From positions 6,668 to 70,667 of the forward strand of contig DATLTJ010000053.1 in assembly GCA_035533655.1 (NCBI GenBank): 64,000 bases of DNA, read 5' to 3'. How positions within the stretch are numbered: the first letter of the stretch is position 1; every line of letters begins with the position of its first letter. Under the pieces are notes generated by a model, which made no database searches, had not been told where the DNA came from, and saw only the letters and a list, made by a program, of their open reading frames with translations. Below are positions 57,851 to 64,000 of the stretch, piece after piece. The DNA is from Candidatus Acidiferrales bacterium. Its GTDB lineage: Bacteria; Chloroflexota; Dormibacteria; Aeolococcales; Bog-877. A program made the position numbers and the translations under genes.

Positions 57851-58090
57851 GTGACTCCTGAAACCATGGCTACCACCATCCGGACCCCTCCCTGGTCCAC
57901 CGAATGTCAGCGGACCGCCGATCCGGCCTGCTACGGTCGGGCCGTTGCGGGTGTGCTGGTGACTAACCGATCGGGCGGCGCCCCGGTGCGGGTCCGGGCG
58001 GGCAGACCGCCTGAGATCCGGCTTCGGGAGGTGCTGATCACGAACCAAGTGGTGCCCGCCGGGATCTCGGCCCGGGGCGCGTCCCGATGA
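57851..58090 (+). CDS. possible small leader ORF overlapping the folD-like ATG (ATGA)
   Basis: 79 codons from a GTG (73 from the internal ATG). Third-position GC is intermediate by my count. No homology recognised. Confidence 0.2.
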   Translation: MTPETMATTIRTPPWSTECQRTADPACYGRAVAGVLVTNRSGGAPVRVRAGRPPEIRLREVLITNQVVPAGISARGASR

Positions 58091-59373
58091 CGGACTGGGC
58101 CGCCGCCAATATGGTCGATCTGGCGCCCCTCTTGGAGGAGCTGCGCGCGGAGCTGAGGAGCCGCGTGCAGGCCAAGAAGCGCCCCTACCGATTGGGAGTC
58201 GTGGTCGAGGAGGGCAACGTCGCCGGCGGCTCGTTCGCCCGCTCGCTGGAGCGTGAGGCGCTCGCCGGGGGAGTGCAGGTGGTGCACCGGACAGTACCGC
58301 GGGACCACGCCGAGACGACCCTGACTGTTCTCGACGCCGTGGTGGTGGACCCCACCGTGGACGGAGTGGTGGTCGTGCAACCGGTGAAGTCGCTGCCCGG
58401 AGGCGTGGTGGCGGCCCACCTACCGGCCAGCAAAGACGTCGAGGCCGTCACCCCGGCGGCCCTCTCGGCGGCAGCTGACGGCCGACGCCGCGGGACCCCC
58501 GTCGCCGAAGCCTGCCTCGCAACCCTAGTCCATCTCGGTATCGACTGTTCCAAAGCTCGGATTCTGGTCGTCGGCCATGGTCCGACCGGCGGTCGCCCGA
58601 TCGCCCAGCGGCTCCTCGCCACCGGGGCCCAGGTCGCGGTGATCCAGAGCGACATCGCCCAGGTCGATCCCCTGCCTCCCTACGACGTGCTGATCTCGGC
58701 CATCGGGATCGCCGGGGTCATGCCCCGGGCGGCGATCCAAGCAGGGACAACTGTCCTCGACGTGGGGACTTCGATGGTCGACGGTCAGCTCCGGGGCGAC
58801 GTGTCACCGGCCGCCGGGGCCGCCGCCGCCCGAGTGACACCGGTGCCCGGTGGAATCGGCCGCATCACCGCGGTATGTGCGCTGCTCTCCCTGAGCGAGC
58901 TCGGCGGGCTCCAGCCGGGTCCGGTGGCCTCCTGGTCGCTGCTGGAGGCGGTCGCCCGGATGCTCTCCCCGCGAGACGCCGCCGGCGGCGCCGCGGCAGC
59001 CGCGATCACTGGAGCGCTGGCGGCGGCCCTGGACGGTCTCTGCCGACTGCACGCGCCAGCGGAGGAGATCTCCGAGTCCGGCCAGGCGGCGGTGCGTCTC
59101 TTGCTGGCCGCCGACCGGGACCGGCTGGCGTTCGGGGAGTACCAGCGAGCCCAGCGGCGGGGAGAAGCAGCCGGGGTCGCGGCCGCCCGCCTTCGGGCGC
59201 TGGTGACCCCGGGCGAGATCGCTGACCAGCTCCGCCTGCTCGAGGTGCGGCTGGTGTCCCTGCGGACCACTCCCTCTCTGGACCTGGACCGGCGGCTGGC
59301 GCTGGAGCTCACCATGGCCGCCCGGGAGGCGGTCACCCGACTTCGGACGGAGTTCTCCTCACAGCCTTCGTGA
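58087..59373 (+). CDS. FolD-like methylene-THF dehydrogenase domain fused to an FTCD_C / Fch-like cyclodeaminase-cyclohydrolase domain
   Basis: The N-terminal about 280 aa carry FolD landmarks (KDVEAV, LVVGHGPTGGRPIA, TPVPGGIGRIT). The C-terminal about 140 aa read like PF04961 (AAGGAAAAAITGALAAAL…DRDRLAFGEYQRA). Confidence 0.75.
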   Translation: MTDWAAANMVDLAPLLEELRAELRSRVQAKKRPYRLGVVVEEGNVAGGSFARSLEREALAGGVQVVHRTVPRDHAETTLTVLDAVVVDPTVDGVVVVQPVKSLPGGVVAAHLPASKDVEAVTPAALSAAADGRRRGTPVAEACLATLVHLGIDCSKARILVVGHGPTGGRPIAQRLLATGAQVAVIQSDIAQVDPLPPYDVLISAIGIAGVMPRAAIQAGTTVLDVGTSMVDGQLRGDVSPAAGAAAARVTPVPGGIGRITAVCALLSLSELGGLQPGPVASWSLLEAVARMLSPRDAAGGAAAAAITGALAAALDGLCRLHAPAEEISESGQAAVRLLLAADRDRLAFGEYQRAQRRGEAAGVAAARLRALVTPGEIADQLRLLEVRLVSLRTTPSLDLDRRLALELTMAAREAVTRLRTEFSSQPS

Positions 59374-59374
59374 T

Positions 59375-60379
59375 CTAAGGAACCAGTACTGCAACTCTCG
59401 ATACGCCCCCGGCCTGCACCTGCACCAGCGCCGAATTGGCGTCGGTGAGGGGGATTCTCTCGACCAGCGCTCGAACGGGGATCTGCTGGGCCAGCTGCAG
59501 GAACTCGGCGGCATCCTGGCGGGTGAAGTTGGCGACGCTGAGGAGCCGCCGTTCCCAGTAGAGCAACTCGTATGGGAACTCCGGGATGCGGTCCAGATGG
59601 ATGGCGTTCACGACGCAGGTGCCGCCCCGGTCCAGGGCCCGGAGCGCGTCCACCACGACGGCCCCCACCGGGGCGAAGGTGATTGCCGCCCGCAGGGGGA
59701 GCGGCGGATCCTCGTCCGGAGCGCCCACCCACTCCGCGCCGAGTTCCTTGGCTCTTTGGCGGGCCGAGTTATTCCGGGTGACGACGAACAGCTCGCAGCC
59801 CTCGGCGATCGCCAGCTGAGCCACCAAGAGAGCCGAGGCTCCGAACCCGAACAACCCCAGCCGATCCCCCCGGCCGACTCCGGTGAGTCGGAAAGCGCGA
59901 TAGCCGATCACTCCGCCGCAAAGGAGGGGAGCCAGCTCCGCGGGATCGCCGTCCTCCGGCAACTGCTGGGCGAAGTTCGCCCGCACCACCACTTGGCTGG
60001 CGAACCCACCGTCTCGGTCCCAACCGGTGAACTTCGCCTGGCGGCAGAGGTTCTCCTGGCCCGTCCGGCACAGTTCGCAGCGGCCACAGGTGGAGGCCAG
60101 CCACCCCACCCCGAGCCGCCGGCCGCGGAGCACCTGGGAGACGCCCACGCCCAATTCCTCCACCCGCCCGACGATTTGGTGACCGGGCACGATCGGCAGC
60201 GTTTTGGCGGGCAGGTCACCCGAGGTGATCTGCAGGTCGGTCCGGCAGACGGCGCAGGCCTCCACCCGCAGCCGGACCTCGCCCGGCCCCGGGCGCAGAT
60301 CCGGTCGCTGGCTCAGGCGCAGGGGTGCCTGCTCCGCCTTGGCGGGCGCCCGGAGCTCCATCACCTCCACGGCGCTCAT
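59375..60379 (-). CDS. zinc-binding alcohol dehydrogenase (MDR family)
   Basis: 334 aa from the ATG at 60379 with CAVCRTDL, GHQIVGRV and CGRCELCRTGQENLC. The longer ORF is a shadow over murE. Confidence 0.85.
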   Translation of the reverse strand: MSAVEVMELRAPAKAEQAPLRLSQRPDLRPGPGEVRLRVEACAVCRTDLQITSGDLPAKTLPIVPGHQIVGRVEELGVGVSQVLRGRRLGVGWLASTCGRCELCRTGQENLCRQAKFTGWDRDGGFASQVVVRANFAQQLPEDGDPAELAPLLCGGVIGYRAFRLTGVGRGDRLGLFGFGASALLVAQLAIAEGCELFVVTRNNSARQRAKELGAEWVGAPDEDPPLPLRAAITFAPVGAVVVDALRALDRGGTCVVNAIHLDRIPEFPYELLYWERRLLSVANFTRQDAAEFLQLAQQIPVRALVERIPLTDANSALVQVQAGGVSRVAVLVP

Positions 60380-60421
60380 TGTGGTCGCGAAGTGCGGGAC
60401 GAGGATGGCAGCTAGGCTTGG

Positions 60422-61921
60422 GTGATGCGCTGGTCCCAGCTCGCCGCCGCGATCGGGCTGCCCTCTGTTCCGGGGACGGTCGGGGACGCCGAAGTGACCG
60501 GAATCACCTACGACTCCAGGCGAGTTCAACCGGGAGCCGTCTTCGTCGCTATCCCCGGCCAACATCACGACGGACACGAATTCGTCCAGTCGGCCCTCGC
60601 CCAGGGCGCGGTCGTGGCGGTGGTTGAACAGGGGCTGCCGGCGGCTGACTCCGGCCGCCTGGTGGCGGTGGAAAGCACCAGGTCGATCCTCGCCCTTCTC
60701 GCGGCGACCTTCTATGGCCACCCGTCGCGCTTGGTTCCGGTCGTGGGCATCACCGGGACCGACGGCAAGACCACCACCACCACCATGCTCCACGCCGCTC
60801 TCTCCGCCGCGATGGGGACGGTGGGAAGTCTCAGCACCGTGGACTTCCGGCTCGGCTCCGAGATCGAAGCAAACCTCAGCCGACAGACCACCTTGGAGTC
60901 GCTGGAGCTCCAGGCCTGGATACGGCGCATGGTGGATCAGGGCTGCCGGGCGATCGTCCTGGAGTCGACCTCGCACGGACTGGCCCTCGGGCGGCTCGAC
61001 GAGATTCGATTCGCCGGGGCCGTGTACACCAGCATCACTCACGAGCACCTGGACTTCCACGGCAGCTGGGAGGCGTACTTCGAAGCCAAGGCCTCGCTCT
61101 TGGACCGGACAACTTCAGCTGGAGGATTCGCGGTACTGAACCGCGACGACTCGCGGGCGTTTCCCCCGCTGCTGGCGAGGACCTCGGGCCGGGCTCTCAC
61201 CTACAGCGCGAAGGGTGACCGCGAGGCGGACGTCCGCGCCGACCGCATCGTGCCCGAGGCCACCGGGATCACCTTCACGGCGGTGACCCCGGCCGGGACG
61301 GCCGACGTCCGGCTGGCAACCGCGGGGCGCTGGAACATCGGCAATGCCCTGGCGGCCCTAGCCGCCGGGCTGCTTCTGGACCAACCACTGTCCACTCTGG
61401 CTGCTGGCTTAGCGGAGCTCCGGGCCGTGCCCGGCCGGATGGAGGTGGTCGACCTAGGCCAACCCTTCGCCGTGGTCGTCGACTACGCCCATACCCCGGC
61501 GGCCTTGACCCTCGCTCTGCACGAGTTGCGAGGGACTACTGCAGGCCGGCTCTGGGTCGTCTTCGGGAGCGCCGGGGAGCGGGACATTGCCAAGCGAGCG
61601 GAGATGGGCCGGATCGCCGCCCAGCTCGCCGACCAGGTCGTCCTCACCTCGGAGGACCCGAGGGGCGAGGACCCGGAGGCGATCATCGACGAGATCTGGA
61701 CTGGCGCGGTAGGCGGCGGAGCTGATCCCGACGCCAACCTGCACCGGGACGCGGAGCGCGACCGCGCGGTTCGCCTCGCCATCGGCGCAGCCCTTCCCGG
61801 AGACACCGTCCTGCTGGCAGGCAAGGGCCACGAGCACAGCATTCTGGGCAGCTCTGGGGCAATACCGTGGGACGAGCGGTTGGCCGCGGAGACAGCACTT
61901 CGGGATCTCAGAGGGATGTGA
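60422..61921 (+). CDS. murE: UDP-N-acetylmuramoyl-L-alanyl-D-glutamate--2,6-diaminopimelate ligase
   Basis: GITGTDGKTTTT and a DNPR-like RGEDPE region, with Mur ligase layout. Confidence 0.9.
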   Translation: MMRWSQLAAAIGLPSVPGTVGDAEVTGITYDSRRVQPGAVFVAIPGQHHDGHEFVQSALAQGAVVAVVEQGLPAADSGRLVAVESTRSILALLAATFYGHPSRLVPVVGITGTDGKTTTTTMLHAALSAAMGTVGSLSTVDFRLGSEIEANLSRQTTLESLELQAWIRRMVDQGCRAIVLESTSHGLALGRLDEIRFAGAVYTSITHEHLDFHGSWEAYFEAKASLLDRTTSAGGFAVLNRDDSRAFPPLLARTSGRALTYSAKGDREADVRADRIVPEATGITFTAVTPAGTADVRLATAGRWNIGNALAALAAGLLLDQPLSTLAAGLAELRAVPGRMEVVDLGQPFAVVVDYAHTPAALTLALHELRGTTAGRLWVVFGSAGERDIAKRAEMGRIAAQLADQVVLTSEDPRGEDPEAIIDEIWTGAVGGGADPDANLHRDAERDRAVRLAIGAALPGDTVLLAGKGHEHSILGSSGAIPWDERLAAETALRDLRGM

Positions 61922-61924
61922 GAG

Positions 61925-63526
61925 GTGGGACAGGTGTCGGGGAGTCGAGGCGGCCCAAATGGCGGAGCTTCGGTAAGCCCTGGAGAGTCGTCAGCGCTGG
62001 TCGTTCTGGGCACGCAGGGGGTCACCCCGGCCGAGGTCGCGGCGGTCGCTCGCGAGGGAGCCAAAGTCGAGATCTCCAAGGAGGCCACGGAGGCCATGGA
62101 GCGGGCCCGGGCGCTGGTGGATCAGGCTGCGAGCAGCCCGGACCCGGTGTACGGGGTCTCGACCGGGTTCGGCCTGCTGGCCACCACCAGGATCGATGTG
62201 GACCGCCGCTCCGCTCTCCAGCACGCCCTGATCCGCTCTCACGCCGCCGGGATGGGAGATCCCGTCGAGAAGGAGGTGGTGCGAGCGATGATGCTGCTGC
62301 GAGCCCGCAGTCTGTGCATGGGCTTCTCCGGCAACCGGCCCCAGCTGGCCGCCGGGCTGGTCGACCTGCTCAATGCCGGGATCACTCCGGTCGTCCCCGA
62401 GCACGGCTCGCTCGGCGCCAGCGGTGATCTGGCGCCTCTCGCCCACATGTCGCTGGTGCTGCTCGGGGAGGGTCGAGCCCAGCTCCCGGACGGCAGAACC
62501 GTGGACGGTGGCCTGGCACTGACCGAGTGCGGATTGACTTCGCTTCGGCTGGAGGTCAAGGAAGGGCTGAGCCTGATCAACGGCACTGACGGGATGCTGG
62601 GAATGCTGGTTCTGGCTCTCGCGGACCTGGCGGTACTGCTCCCCACCGCGGATATCGCAGCCGCCCTCTCCACCGAGGGGCTCTTGGGCACCGATCGGCC
62701 CTTCGCTGCTGATCTCCACCAGATCAGGCCCCATCCCGGGCAGATCCAGAGCGCGGCCAACCTCCGGCTGCTCCTTCAGGGCTCCGGGGTCCTGGCCTCG
62801 CACCGCAGCTCGCCCCACTTGGTCCAGGACCCCTACTCGATCCGCTGCGCGCCCCAGGTGGTGGGCGCGGCGCGGGACACCGCGGAATTCGCCCGCCAGG
62901 TCGCGGACCGGGAACTGAGGTCCGCAGTGGACAACCCGGTGGTGCTGCCGGACGGCCGGCTGGAGTCGACCGGCAACTTCCACGGCGAGCCGCTGGCCTT
63001 CGCCTGCGACTTTCTCAGCATCGCTGCCGCCGAGGTGGGCGCGATCGCCGAACGGCGGGTCGACCGGCTGCTGGACCCGGCTCGTTCGTCGGGGTTGCCG
63101 CCGTTCCTCGCCCCGGAGGCCGGGGTCAACTCAGGGCTGATGATCGGCCAGTACACAGCTGCCGCCATCGTCGCGGAGAACCGGCGGCTGGCGGGGCCCG
63201 CCAGCGTGGACTCGATCCCCACCTCGGGGATGCAGGAGGACCACGTCTCGATGGGCTGGGGCGCGGCCCGGAAGCTGCGCCAGGTGGTGACCAATCTCTC
63301 CCGGGTGCTCGCGGTGGAGCTGCTGGCCGCCTCGCGAGCGCTGGAGTTGCGGGCCCCTCTGGAACCGTCTCTGCCGGATGGCGAGGTCGCGGCGTTGGTG
63401 CGCCGACTGGGTGGTGGAGTGGGCCCGGACCGCTTTCTCTCGCCGGAGCTGGAGGCGGTGGCCGCGGCCGTGCGGTCTGGTGAGCTCCTGCGCCAGGCCG
63501 AGTCGATCGTGGGGAAGCTCCCTTGA
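61925..63526 (+). CDS. hutH: histidine ammonia-lyase
   Basis: MIO-forming [11 protein letters not shown], then GLSLINGT and NFHGEP. GTG start at 61925 or 61934. Confidence 0.9.
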   Translation: MGQVSGSRGGPNGGASVSPGESSALVVLGTQGVTPAEVAAVAREGAKVEISKEATEAMERARALVDQAASSPDPVYGVSTGFGLLATTRIDVDRRSALQHALIRSHAAGMGDPVEKEVVRAMMLLRARSLCMGFSGNRPQLAAGLVDLLNAGITPVVPEHGSLGASGDLAPLAHMSLVLLGEGRAQLPDGRTVDGGLALTECGLTSLRLEVKEGLSLINGTDGMLGMLVLALADLAVLLPTADIAAALSTEGLLGTDRPFAADLHQIRPHPGQIQSAANLRLLLQGSGVLASHRSSPHLVQDPYSIRCAPQVVGAARDTAEFARQVADRELRSAVDNPVVLPDGRLESTGNFHGEPLAFACDFLSIAAAEVGAIAERRVDRLLDPARSSGLPPFLAPEAGVNSGLMIGQYTAAAIVAENRRLAGPASVDSIPTSGMQEDHVSMGWGAARKLRQVVTNLSRVLAVELLAASRALELRAPLEPSLPDGEVAALVRRLGGGVGPDRFLSPELEAVAAAVRSGELLRQAESIVGKLP

Positions 63527-64000
63527 GCGGACCAAGGCCGGTGCGGTCCCCTCGCGGAACGGAGCTCAGCTGCAAGGGCTGGCCCCAGGAAGCGGCAATG
63601 CGAATGCTGATGAACAACCTCGATCCCGAGGTCGCGGAGAACCCCGACCAGCTGGTGGTCTACGGCGGGTCGGGCCGGGCCGCCCGGTCCTGGGATGCCT
63701 ACGACGCGATCATCCGATGCCTGCGCGACCTGGAGGGTGACGAGACCCTCCTGGTCCAGTCTGGCAAGCCGGTTGGGGTCTTCCGCACCCACGAGTGGGC
63801 CCCCCGGGTCCTGATCGCCAACGCCCTGCTAGTGCCCCAATGGGCCACCCAGGAGGAGTTCCGCCGCCTGGAGCTGGAGGGGCTGACGATGTACGGGCAG
63901 ATGACGGCCGGCTCCTGGATCTACATCGGCACCCAGGGGATCCTCCAGGGCACCTACGAGACCTTCGCCGCCATCGCCACCAAGCGCTTCGGCGGGTCGC
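63523..64000 (+). CDS. hutU: urocanate hydratase (partial, runs off the window)
   Basis: [21 protein letters not shown]…LVVYGG…GKPVGVF…[24 protein letters not shown]. The TTG start overlaps the hutH stop. Confidence 0.85.
   Translation, partial: MSGPRPVRSPRGTELSCKGWPQEAAMRMLMNNLDPEVAENPDQLVVYGGSGRAARSWDAYDAIIRCLRDLEGDETLLVQSGKPVGVFRTHEWAPRVLIANALLVPQWATQEEFRRLELEGLTMYGQMTAGSWIYIGTQGILQGTYETFAAIATKRFGGS

Noticed and set aside
57960-58060. Possible ZTP (pfl) riboswitch upstream of the folD-like gene
   Set aside because: gaccgcctgaga and gggtgtgctggtgact only loosely resemble the remembered CCGCCUGGGC and GGGUCGUGACUGGCG cores. The key GGGC and GACUGGCG positions do not match. A cmscan is needed before any claim.
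60380-61060. N-terminal extension of the 561-aa ORF 59375..61060
   Set aside because: It is antisense to murE. The ADH N-terminus (MSAVEVMELRAP…) starts at 60379.

Overview
This is a visibly GC-rich bacterial chromosomal window. Gene content suggests a high-GC Gram-positive or Terrabacteria-like lineage: an MMPL transporter, polyphosphate glucokinase, a DUF2342 HExxH protease, CIRCE-controlled groEL without groES, and rpsF-ssb-rpsR. I support about 65 CDS and one tRNA-Val(CAC). I saw no rRNA, no CRISPR array and no intact mobile element.

Most of the window is housekeeping:
- accD/accA, metF plus a group II PLP decarboxylase, and a MacB-type ABC pair
- otsB/otsA, pntAA-pntAB-pntB, folC, solA-like oxidase and eda
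- MMPL plus TetR, a Cys/Met PLP enzyme, a CitE-like lyase, groEL and a PiT transporter
- two sigma/anti-sigma pairs, a SAM hydrolase and an NAD(P)HX epimerase
- argS, trxA, serA, ppgK, rpsF-ssb-rpsR, murE and hutH-hutU

Many adjacent genes share 4-nt start/stop overlaps (ATGA, GTGA, TTGA) at 146, 4171, 12676, 12990, 24814, 26374, 38311, 39720 and 63523. Because of the GC content, the ORF track holds many long antisense shadow ORFs and false N-terminal extensions. I trimmed starts where a neighbouring gene or a conserved N-terminus made the shorter start the better call.

The non-ordinary parts are:
1. A decayed accessory patch at about 25.2-29.0 kb. It holds an IS607-type and an IS630-type transposase fragment, a perfect 12-bp hairpin, a methyltransferase with a long acidic protein, and a frameshifted RibD_C gene.
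2. A second decayed patch at 34.0-35.3 kb.
3. A minus-strand block next to tRNA-Val (51.2-54.6 kb). It contains unassignable secreted proteins and an HExxH protein, one of them in a low-GC gene, followed by a sulfur-trafficking cluster.
4. A FolD-like domain that lacks the cyclohydrolase Lys and is fused to an FTCD_C/Fch-like domain, sitting near the hut genes.
5. Two long ORF-poor spacers (6910-7713 and 57634-58086).

Nothing here is proven novel. All family calls come from motifs read by eye in the translations.
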